From contig CM082579.2 in the NCBI GenBank assembly GCA_040954595.2, forward strand, positions 8,979,625 through 9,043,624: DNA of 64,000 nucleotides. Reading direction: 5' to 3'. The first letter of the stretch is position 1, and the number at the start of each line of letters is the position of its first letter. Under the pieces are notes generated by a model. The model was given only the letters and a program-made list of their open reading frames with translations. It was not told the DNA's origin and ran no database searches. Origin of the DNA: Balanoglossus misakiensis (lineage: Eukaryota; Animalia; Hemichordata). This document shows positions 13,540 to 25,342 of this stretch, in pieces. The position numbers and the translations under genes are program-made.

Positions 13540-15185
13540 GTGTCCGTCTACCTGCCTGTCTGTGTTCAAGTAGTAGAGTAAATGGTCCAAAATGAGTGAA
13601 ATCGTGAGATGCTCTTTATTGACATACTTTGTACAAATTAAATACAAATACAACACATAGTACAAAAAATAAACAGCTTTGTGCGAAGTACAATATTTTC
13701 TGCGAGTAAGCTTACACTTTATCAAAACGCAATCTGAAGAAATCGTAAGAAAAATCCTATTTTCTTTTATAATGATGGCAAAAGCACAAGCAGCAATTCG
13801 CTGTGTCTACTTATTAAGCGAGTTAGATCACATACATAGTCATCTGTAATATTCTGTCCATTAAATAGTTGGAGTAAGCGAACGACCCTGATTGGTCTAA
13901 AGTTCTAATGACGTCATTTCTCAATTTTACATAACTATTATGAAAGAGAGGCGTGGGCTGCCTTATTTATTTCCAATTGCACTGATTAGATTATCTGCGC
14001 GCTCTCTCTCTCATTCAACTCTTTCAATCTCGCATCAGGGAGGGGGTAGGTCATGCCGTAAGGGACGATGGGAAAAATAAGCCAGCGCTCATTCCTGTGT
14101 GGCCGCCATCATCGACTTGGAAATGGGCCAAGTGCTGGGTCAAGTGAGGTATTTCTAGAGGGCGCAATTTATGACCTACCCCTAGTGATCTCGCATGAAC
14201 ACACACACACACACACACAAGAACCTCACACACGCGCGCGCACTAATACAAATAGCGATATTACACTAGCACCCCGCTATGTACACAGTTGAAAACCACA
14301 AACTTTCTGCTAGTGCTTATAATAATAATTACTAGTATGGTAATTACATACTTCTAGGGGAAATCAACCTAATCTACATGAACATTCTCGGCATTAGCCT
14401 TCCGTTCAGAGTGTTCAATGGAATGAATTGGGCGACGACGCAAATCAGCGTGGCGGCGATGATGTCACCAGACGGTCACCGTGACGTTTGATGATCACAA
14501 AGTTCAAAATCGCCGGAACTTTAGTGTTTATTTCAGACACGTTGGACAAAACTTCGCATCAGGTCAGGGGGTCGGTTTCGCAGTATTCAACATCGCACGA
14601 AGAATTTTTGGGTGAAAACGGTAACAATATTTCTTAGAGCTGACAGTTTTTTGTCCATGAAGGGAAACTTCTTTGAACGTCGCAGGCGCACTTCTTACGT
14701 CATATTGTTCATCTTCTGTCGCGACTCGCTCTGCTGGGACGCAGAGAGTGGGGGCGATACACCCTTTGTCAAAGTTCATTGTGACCGACATCCGGGCTTT
14801 TTGAACAGCTGCCCTTTGTGGTTACGCCCTCAGTGCCATTCCTTGTATACATGTACTAGATTGCTACGTCAAATCATTTTTGAACAAAAATTTCGTTGGA
14901 TCTCATGGCCAGTCGATCCGGAAGAAGAAAATGGTGTGATGATGATGAATGCTGAAAGACATCATACAACCACGGACCAAGCAAAAAAACAACCCATCGG
15001 GGTCTTAAAGTCGTAAAATGGCAAGGGAAGTAATAGGTTTGTAAATAATTTTTTGTCCAACGATGTTTGCATCAGGATGTTTGGCCAAGGATTCGACTCA
15101 ATGTTCTTGCTGTGATTCCGCTGTGTCTTCGCCTGCGCCGTTCCAACGAGCAACATCCCCGGCCGAAACACGAAGTTCTTGACGT

Positions 15186-18100
15186 TTACGACACACTGCA
15201 AACGAAAATGAGTGTTGCGAATAGTGAGACATAACGCATAGGTGAACAGTTTAAACATATTAATACTAATATTATTACGCGATATCGACAACGTAACGTT
15301 AGACACGTTCCACATTCAAAATGTTGGACCTCAGAAACAGTAACAAAAGGGCGGTATCAAGTTTGGAACAAAATTGACAATAATTTTCCCAGGCAGTTGT
15401 CAGTCTCAGAGGCCAACGCACTTACTTGTACTGAGCGGCCCGTGCTGCGTTCCAGCTGTTGTAGGTCTGCACACCAACGGCAACCGCACCTGCCAATAAC
15501 GCCGCCACAATTACCGCCAACACGATCAGACCAATCAACGAGTCGTCACTCAAAGACGGTGCTGGTCTTCCCGTGACTGAATGAATAAAAAGTAATTATG
15601 ACATGAATAATTGTGAGTTTGAGAAGAGCCTGTCTGTCTGTCTGTCTTACTGTCTGTCTGTTTGCCTGTCTGCCTGTCTGTCTGTCTTTCTCTCTGTCTG
15701 TCTACTTATCCCATCTGTGGCAACACTGCGCGACAGAAGAGGAAAGACAAACACCATTTCGCCCGAGTCACTTGCAAGACGTATTTCAGAGCTTATTCAA
15801 ATGTATGTGCTGTATGTCCATTACAGAACTAAACATATAAACCGTTTTTTGTTCGCCATAAATGGAACAATTTCAATAAATGTGATATGTGACGTAGGGC
15901 AGGTGAACAAATAAAGACAGTAAGATGTATAGTGGAAACGGAGCCTTTTGGTCGAGCGCGTTTTACCATAAAATCAGGTGTGCTGTCAATATATTAGACG
16001 ACGATATAATTATGTAATCGCGGTATATTTTCAATTTGAGCCTTGGGTACGATGTATCACGGCTACAGGTGCATAGGAAACGTGCGAGGGAATTAACAAC
16101 GTGTTATGAAGTGGTTCACCTTTCGCTGGTATTGGTGCTGACGGTCCGGTGAGCGGTATCGTTCCTCCTGTAACATCCGTGCTGGGCTGTGACGAGGTCG
16201 CTCTCCTAGTCGAGACTTCGCCCGGGCTCGTGGTCTTTGCAAGTGTCGCTTGCGGTGTGGTCACCCTTCTTGTCGACGTTTGATCTCGCGTGCTGGATCT
16301 TGTAGTGGCCTTAGTAGCTTCGGTCCTCACCGGCGTTGCAGCAACGCTGACCGGTTCACCTGCGTAGAATAAAACGGGATAAGTTTAATGTTCGCTCTTG
16401 ACGTGTGGTCCCCGATGTCAGAGTGACTTTATATTCCGTGCAGGGGCCTTGAGAATGGCTACCAATAGTGGGCAATACTCCAAAGCACGCATTATGGCAA
16501 GGTGCAATAAACCTCGGGTATTAGACAACACACCATTATATAGGATCGTGCAATAAGCGGAAAAACACATATTCTGTAATTATTACAGAAATCGCCCCAG
16601 TTGTATAATTTACAGGAAACTCACTGCATATGTTGGAAGCATCGGCCATTGATACCCCGTGGTGCGTGTGAGTATCGAACGAAGACCAGGTCACCAAATC
16701 CCCACAGCCTGGGCTTTGGCAATCGCCATATACACTGTGCATTGCGCTCTCGTCCACGACGCTTGCCCACATGTTCAAGTTCGCAATCTCTCCCGTGAAC
16801 CGCCTGGATTCGTCAAACTGTCCGCCGTCGAGGGAAAGCTGGCCGAGGACCACGTCTCCCGAGGCATCCAGCCCGCCGGCTCCGCCAGGCAGTGCCCGAG
16901 AGAACAGCACCTCTCCGTCGTACACAGTTTTGACGCTCACCGCCGTCGTCCACGACAGACACAGGGAGTGCCACCGACCGTCAAAGATCCCCTGGAGCGG
17001 CGTGGCCAGCTCGGTGTCACCGCCAGTCACCAGAGAAACGAAGACGCCCTGGGGGCGCTTCCCGACGGACACGAGAATCGTTCTTGGTGAGGAGGAGGTC
17101 TTGTACTGAAAGATCGTTCCAAACTGGTCCCCGTCAGAACTTCGCAGCCAGAAACACAGAGTGAATTCGCTAATCTCACTCGGGAAAGAGACTGCCTGTT
17201 GGACGTAACCGGTTCCGCCGAAAACAATGGATCTATCTCGCAGGAATGTAAACGTGCAGGGATCAGGAGGATCTGAAGGTAACAGAAATGATCACAATTT
17301 TAAAAGTCGTCACACTTTACACGGTACGTTAAACGACTGATTAGTGATTACAATAAATGCGTCAAAGTCGACAACTCGCCGAAGTGGATGTTTGGCCATG
17401 GCAGAAGTCCGCCGTCTGGAAATTCTGTCGACCATTGGAGATTTTTTTTCAAAGATTAACCTACATGGGTAGCAAAATATATTAACAATAGCAATAATGC
17501 GTGCCGTCAACTTTCAAGTCGGTTGTCGGAGTGAAAGAAGAGGCATTTGACGTCACGACTTACCGCAAGGTGAGCCTGTGTCCTCGACGGTTACCCCGTA
17601 TAACTCTTCTTCCGTGAAAGAGGACCAGGAGATCAAGTCACCACACAGATCGCTGTCACAGTTTCCGGACAGAGCCCCTATTTTGGTCGGCGGTAAAAAC
17701 TCCGACCACATGTTGAAGTTTGTCAACCGACCCCTGAAAGCCTTCATCGGGTGAAAGTCGCCCCCTGGCTCGTCCTGGTCTTGACCAAGGGTCAGCACCC
17801 CGTTCGGGCGAATAGTCAAACCTCTCGCGAGATTTGTGCCAGAGGCTCGGACGACGTTGTCGACGTACAGTCTCCACCGTCCTCCGGACGACCTCCAGCT
17901 GAGGCACACGTAGCTCCACCGCCCGGTGACCGCCGACACTCCGAGGTAGTACCTGTACTCGCCTCCTATGTAGACACTGAAGTCGTTGTAGTTGTAGAGT
18001 TCGATTTCGTCCACCCTGTCAGGGTCGTGCGTCGCGTAGTGGAACGGGGTTCCCAGACTGTTGACATCGGAGGTGATCATCCAGAAACATATCGTGAATT

Positions 18101-21100
18101 CTCGCACTTCTCCAGGGAAGGGGGCGTGCTTCATGGCGTAGCTCTGGGTGTTACCGGCGAACAGCAGACGCTTTTTCAGAAACGGGCCAGGCTGACAGCG
18201 GTCATAGGGAGCTGAAAGGACAACGGGGAAAATACGACAAAGTAAACCAACTTGTAATGAATATTACCTCAGCAAGCCAACAGACAACATCTACTTGTGT
18301 GCGATATGTCAATGACATGTATCAATGGGATGAGTGCGAAAAAATGAAAGACTTTAAGACAATCGACCTAACTTTCGACAACCCAAGTGTACACGTGACT
18401 GAAAACATAGGCAAACTATAAAGTTAAAATGGCGCCATAGCCAAAGAAAGGATGATGTGTTTACCCGTTGTCAGAATCCGTTCTTCGGTAAAATCCTTCG
18501 GCAAATCAGAGTCGGCTAGTGTTTCCTCTGTCGTGATGTCCATTCTCGTCGTTGTCCATGTGGTATGATCATCAGACGTGGCTTGCTCAGATGTAGCATC
18601 GGCGACTGTGGTCCTTTTGGCGGTCGTTCGCGCCGCTGTGGTGATTTGTCTCTGTTCCGTGGTGTGGGTTGTGAGCTCCCGTTCAGTCGTTGTGGGCCGG
18701 GCGGTGGTGAGCATCTTTCTGGTTGTTACAGGACGGGCTGTAGATTCAAATTTCGTCGTCAAGTCTTCCATGGTTGATTCGTGTTCAGTTGTTCCATATT
18801 CGGTGGTGGGTACTGACTCCGTTGTGGTGTGTTCGGTGGTTGTTGTTGTTCGCTCAGTAGTGGAAACTTTAGTTGTCCGCTCTGGTCTAGTGGTGGGCGG
18901 TTTTGTCGTCACGTATTCGGTGGTGGTGGGCATCGGTTTGGTTGTCGTGGGATGGCTGGTTGGCGCTCGCCCGGTGGTCACGTGATCCGCAGTGGACGGT
19001 TTTCCGGTTGTCGTCTGCTCGGTTGTCACTTCTGTTGTCATCTCCTCCGTCACGTGTGCGTGTTCGGTGGTGAAACCTTCAGTGGTAGGTGCCTGATTTG
19101 TTGTTGCTTGCTTGGTGGTTGCAAGCTGTTTGGCGGTAGTCCGCGGGTTTGCAGTCGAAGACTCCTCTACCGTGGTTACGCGCGCAGAGGTGTATTGAGA
19201 TTGTGTCGTGATGTGTCTGGTGGTGGGCGCTTGCGCAGTAGTCAAATCCTCAGTAGACCGCTGTCGGGTTCCCGTCGTAGGCCCTGTGGTGGGAGGCTTG
19301 GTTGTCACGTGTTCGGTGGTGGTGGGCACGGGTCTGGTTGTCAAAGGGTGACTGGTAGTCGCACGCCCGCTGGTCATGACTCGACCCGACGTGGACGGCT
19401 GCCCAGTTGTCGTCTGCTCAGTTGTCACATCCGACGTCGTTTCCTCCGTGGTAGGCGCCTGTTCGGTCGTGAAGCCCTCAGTGGTCGGGTTCTTATTTGT
19501 GGTCACGTGCTTGGAAGTGACGTGTACGGTAGAGGGCGTCTGTTCAGTGGTCACTCGCGAGGTGGTCGTTCTCAGACCTATCGTATCCGACACCGTAGTG
19601 CGAATCTCTCTTGTTGTTGTGGCCGGCTCGGTGGTGACATTTGGTATAGGTTCTGTGTCCACAATGAGGGAGAAAAATGTGATGTTAGAAAATTCATTTA
19701 TAGGCCTACAGTTCCACAATAGCGAATTCCATCTGGACTGATAAATCTGGGACAATCGTCAGTGTTTGTAACTGATGAAATCATCAATGCGGGCCTCATT
19801 AAATCTTGAGAGAGATGAAATAGGAAAGAAATAAACAGAAATAATAGTTGTTCACTCATGTTTTGTCGAGGGCGCCAACGATGCAATAAGATACTCCTCT
19901 TTATTACTGCCTGTAGTATGTTTTTTAAAATTTTGCGATGCGACCAAACAGGACCACCAGAGGCCATTTTATGACAAAGTTTAACATGCCTCGTGCCTCG
20001 TGTTGTTTATATTCATGGAAATCAACTCCAACCTACCTTCAACAATGCGTATACTGCCCAACGACGGCCAGGTCGACAACGTATTCCACGACAGCACATC
20101 GCCGCAATCGCCCCTCTCTCCGCTAAAGTACTGCCGAATTACCGCCTCTGGTTTGGCCGTCGACCAAATATTGAAGTTGTACAGATCACCGCGGAATGAA
20201 TCGCTCATCGCGAATCCAGACGTGGACCATTTGTTCCCGATGAAAAATCGCGCGTCCGGTGGAATCGGCCGGTTGGCAGACAGCCCGACTCCGCCGGCCG
20301 CTTGGGCGCCATCTTTGAACATCCTCCACTGGCCGTCGGACGCCCTCCAGGTAACACACACGTGGTGAGGGCGGCCGTCATTGGCAGACACCGACGTGGC
20401 ACCTGAGCTCTGGCCGCCCACACTGAGTATGAAATTCCCGTAGTCATACAGTACGAGAGCATCCGGGTTGTCCTCGTCTGCGTAGCTGAAAGGTGTGCCT
20501 GAGTAATCCGTGTCTGAAGTGCGCATCCAAAAACAAGCAGTGACAGCCGACAGTCCGCCATCTTGGATCGCCAGTGTGGGCATCGACCACCCAAATCCAT
20601 CAAGTTCACCGAATCGTAATATTTGTGTTACATGCTCAATTGAACAAGATTCTGAAAAAGGAAGAAAAATATTGTGTTATTTAAAGCTAAAGAGGTTTGA
20701 AGCATTTTAACTTTGAGTAAATTTAGTTTTAGAGCACGGCCACGGTTTGCATTGTTTTTCTTGCCTAGGCCTACGTTATACAATACTCATTTTAAGACAG
20801 GAAACAACTAAAGACGCATTTTGTCGGTTAAAAGAAGTCAAATCGTGTACCTTTACCAATTTCGTAACATATACTAGTATATATTCTATAGGCATGTCTT
20901 CAGGTAGTGAACCGACCAGCATTAGAACTAAACATGTATAAGCTTAAGTTGATACATATACATGGAATATAATCCCTTCTGTTGAACAATATGTTTGTGT
21001 GATGTATTAATTCATTCAGTTATAGGTTTTCTCTTTTAGCTTTTATTATTATTATATTAGTTTGTGTGAAACATAACTTACCAGCTGCAGCTGTTTTTGC

Positions 21101-21117
21101 TAATGTTGAAACCGGAC
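15186..21117 (-). CDS. Triple-pentraxin, mucin-containing type I membrane protein; 5' exon(s) unresolved
   Basis: Exons 21117-21082, 20651-20037 (PTX1, HHVCVTW), 19652-18465 (Thr-rich mucin), 18211-17564 (PTX2, SYVCLSW, LGQDQD), 17272-16625 (PTX3, HSLCLSW), 16359-16120 (mucin), 15576-15426 (TM LIGLIVLAVIVAALLAGAVAVGV) and 15195-15186 (NVS-stop). Splice phases are consistent. Confidence 0.86.
15630..15702. repeat. Degenerate (TGTC)n microsatellite
   Basis: Read directly. Confidence 0.8.
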
Positions 21118-24100
21118 CTGAAAAAAATATATATTATGCAGAATGGTTATCACGTCGGAATGCGCTTGGGAGCAAAATCATAAAAAAAACAAAAGAATGT
21201 CATTGTATGTCCGGCATTTTGAGCGGCGACGCTGTTACATGCATCACCGAGACGCATATTAATAAGAAATTTTGAATTCGTGCATATTATTATTAACGAG
21301 TACAGAGGGGTGAGGAATTGATTGCCTTTGATTTATGCACCGATATATTTCAACGTGCACTCTGCAACGCCGAGGCAATCTTTCAACGAGAAATGAAACC
21401 CAGTGTGCCATTCGATACGGGGCAATCTTTCACGGGCCAATTACAATAACCGCATAAAGGTCTACCACCTTTCGCGGTCATTAAAGTTGTCAGAAGATAT
21501 AGTTGGCGTTGTGGCACGTATGTCTTGACCTGATTTCTTTTAAATGACAACGGATAGATAACTGTATATTCAATCGCGAAACCCGAGAATCTTTGTCCCG
21601 AAAACGGTGACATCTAGGTTGGAGATTGCTGATACCACGGCGACGGTGTATCGAATACCAAATTCCACTATAAAATTGGCACATGCATCATGGTTACTTG
21701 ACAGAACGCCCTTGTTCCTGTGATGGTGAAGAATGCGTGGGCCCAGTATCACCTATATACTCCTACATTTATCTGTCCTATATGTGTATACCAGAACATA
21801 ACGCAAGCTGTCTATATATATACGAATAGGTGGAAATTACGCAAATTCTAGTCATATGCAGAACACGTTCAAAAGAACGGATTTCTGTACAATTGGTCCA
21901 TAGAACTGTTTGTGGGATTATCCGTCCATGGTATGATATTCTGGCCTTTCAGATCGACGGATTTTAAAGCGACTCGTTCAGCGCATGCGGCAGAATATAG
22001 GTGTCTTGTGGTGTTTTTATATACCATCTCGAAATTCTAGTAGTTTTTTAAATTGCAAACGGGCTACCCGGCAATATAAACATGCGCTCGTCTTTCTGAC
22101 GACACGAAGTTTTTTTTGTCTCAAACTGCCACGCGTGCAGCATACATGTAGTTTGGTGGGACTTTTGTTACATTTTTGTTTCAAACTCACGCCTCGCCTA
22201 TGTTTAATATCACCGTCAAGTCATGAGTTTGGATGATTACTTAAATAAATTTTGACAGATCAAAGAAAAAAACCTGGTGGGAGACTGGATGTCCCCCGCT
22301 GTATATCAACACTCTATATGAAGTTGATATACATGTATCCAGCTGCTGTCTGGGATTTCAACGATAATTTATATATAAATGCTGCCACGTACATCCGCAT
22401 ATAAATGCTTTCTAGTCTGATACACGTCGCTCTTCACCGTCGTTCCTATCCACGTTTTGCTGGTTTGGAACTCTACAGTTTACTCACTAAATTGTAACGA
22501 TTCCCAGATTTTTTAGTATTGTCGCCGCCGAATTTTTATACACGGTCGTAAATATCAATGACGATCAGATGGACTTCCATAGATATGGACACAATAATGT
22601 TTATTCTACAATATCACATTTGCAGGATTACACGCAGGTCTGATTTTTTGTGTCTTGTTCGCATAATTGTTCCGTACCGGATAAGTTGTGTCACGGTGCA
22701 GCTTTGAAAAACTAAATTCCTTAAAAGCCAGAAGAAAACTAAAAACGCACTCAAACTATTCAAATTGACAAATTTTGGCTTTTTCTGTAGTACAGAGAGC
22801 TTCGTGAATCACAGTGTGATCGAACATTGTTTGAATCCCGCTGACGTCCGAAAAAAGAAGTGAAGTTCTAATACTAATATGTGTCTGTAAAGCACGACGA
22901 AAAAAATATCCTTCGCTTGTACTTCATTTCCCTCTTTCTTGTTTGTACTTGCCCGTGAACTCTGATCATGCGCAGAGATCTCGGAAAGGCAATTCCCCTC
23001 CCCAGGGGTCAGGGTGGGTCTTAAGATCGGTTCATATTGGTGCCTGTCCGTGCCTGTCCCATTCAATTTTTAGAGAGAGACAAAATAATGATGCGTCTGA
23101 ATCATGCTAGACGTCTGTGTAACCAAACGCCTTTTCATGTTCGGATATGCTGGTTACAGCATACCATGGCCAACCTCCCAAGACTTAAATGGTTGAGTTT
23201 TTATATACGTATTAAAAACAGTTATCAGCAAGAGATTTTTAATATTTATTTAAGCGTACATGCAGCTGCAACACGAGTATGTGTGTGGGCGATGGTTTCA
23301 ACACTTTAGTTCTATCAGGAAACCCCTAGTCCAGTTTGTTCTGATATTTGTGTATATTTGCGTAGGGAATGTCGGATTTTTTTCAAACTGCGACGAACAT
23401 TACATTGAATTGAATGTATTTTGGGGTAATTTCGACATTTTTATCTTCTTAGGTTACGCTTGTTCCGATTGCCTTGAATTATTGAAATAGAATGACGTTA
23501 CACTACATCCGGCCTTCAAAGGCTCAAAAAACCCATCTGACACTGCAAATGTTGCTATACAGGAATAACATTCATATAGAAAGCGCTTTTCACTGATGCA
23601 TAGCGTCACTGAACCAATTATCTTTTCCGTATAAGAAATTACGCCACGTCATAGCTTACTGCACATGTGTGTGATTGATGCCCACGTGTTGCTGCGCTTT
23701 ATATACAACCATGTTTCTGGCGACCGACTACGTACATGTATAGCATTCTGACGTTTTCTGGTTGCGACGACATACACCATTCAACAGGTGTGACAGTCGC
23801 ATTTAACCATTGAATGATCGGGAAAAAATGTTTATTTTACTGGATAGTGCTATGAAGAAATAAACGGGCAAAAAGACTCAATCAACCTTATGAAAATACA
23901 TTGAAAATATTTGGTAAAGCCTCTTTTAGTGAGGTCAAGTTGTTTTCCGGTAGACATGTCAAGATGTGACCTGAGTGCATGGTACAATTGAAGACGAACT
24001 TACGTCAGCATCGTTCTCAGTACGCGTACGCTCATATTTTAGCTTGCACATTAATGAATACCAGAGCTGAAAACTGTTATGGTAAGCAGAAATCGTAATG

Positions 24101-24315
24101 TGTAACAACAGATGTTATGTCCACAATCCAGATCGTTTTTAAGATCAGAAAGTTTAGGCAATATTCGCGATGTCGTTATCACACATTCAGCTATATACTT
24201 CATACTCCCAAATCCTGTCGAGTTTCACAGTGTACTGATTTGCACTTCTATAGGTGGGACCTTTTAGTCCGACTTCTCGTACGATTTGGCAAACAGATTT
24301 TTCTTATTCCAGACA

Positions 24316-24386
24316 GCATCGGTGGTTCAGTGGTAGAATTCTCGCCTGCCACGCGGGAGGCCCGGGTTCGATTCCCGGCCGATGCA
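24316..24386 (+). tRNA. tRNA-Gly(GCC)
   Basis: Same 71-nt sequence as 9349-9419, followed by TTTT. Confidence 0.97.
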
Positions 24387-25119
24387 ATTTTGTCTGGACT
24401 TTCCATGCATTAATGCTGCTATCTCGATCTGATTGACTATAGTTGATAACCGCAAAACCACAGAACCATTTTACGGCTTGGGAGCATGTCGTAATTTTTA
24501 GATTCACTTGTCTATATTTATTAATAACGCGCTTTATATTTGGTATGGCGGCAGAATTGGATCCCCATTTTTGAATACCATTTACGATCTGGACAGTATA
24601 AAATGTGACCTATGTTTTTAACGGCTGTTTGCCTACTTTGTCAAATTTACGCCCGTAAGTCGCATGCTGTCTGCATTCTTTCGGCATGGTAAATGATTTA
24701 ACGCGTACTTGTAGGGTCGGTGCACTTTCCACGAACTTTACTTGGCAAAATAAAATTTATCGGACAAGGTCTGCCGATCGCAGACGCGATTGTTGATAAA
24801 TGCATCGGCTTGAGATCTGAAAATATGAACATTAATGTATTATCATGGTTTTTTTTAATTTGATTAATCGGAATATTCATTCTATAATCGGTGTGTATTT
24901 TTTCCGCTTGGCCAGTCGTTTTGATTGAATCATGTGCGCCTTGGGGAGTGTCCGCCTATAAAGTTTAAAGGCCTATATAAGTTGCCCTGGACTTTTTGTC
25001 TGTGCACGGAATGTTCAGGAAAAATATTGTAAAAAGGGCCAGCTGTGTATGACATGCTCAGCGCATGTGACCTCACGTTACGTCACCGTGACCAAAACCA
25101 CCACCATTACCAGAAAAAA

Positions 25120-25190
25120 TGCATCGGCCGGGAATCGAACCCGGGCCTCCCGCGTGGCAGGCGAGAATTCTACCACTGAACCACCGATGC
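25120..25190 (-). tRNA. tRNA-Gly(GCC)
   Basis: Same 71-nt sequence, followed by a T-run; convergent with the 24316 copy. Confidence 0.97.
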
Positions 25191-25271
25191 TGTCTTCAGG
25201 AAAATAATTTGTTGGCCAAATCGTACGAGAAATCGGACTAAAACGTCCCAGCTGGAGAAATGAGAATCGAC

Positions 25272-25272
<1 letters not shown>

Positions 25273-25302
<30 letters not shown>

Positions 25303-25303
25303 G

Positions 25304-25342
<39 letters not shown>
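25273..25342. repeat. (CAT)n microsatellite
   Basis: Read directly; gives poly-D and poly-M spurious ORFs. Confidence 0.95.

Noticed and set aside
13270-13725. ORFs with MYVC/HTYI/CLSV repeats (also 45904-46436)
   Set aside because: These are translations of microsatellites.
18565-19741. Long + strand ORFs (up to 297 aa, Gly/Arg/Cys- or Val-rich)
   Set aside because: They are antisense shadows of the Thr-rich mucin exon.
21570-23210. Candidate first exons of the triple-pentraxin gene (TATA-like plus ATG|GT near 23165; exon near 21752)
   Set aside because: I could not build a phase-consistent chain encoding a signal peptide.
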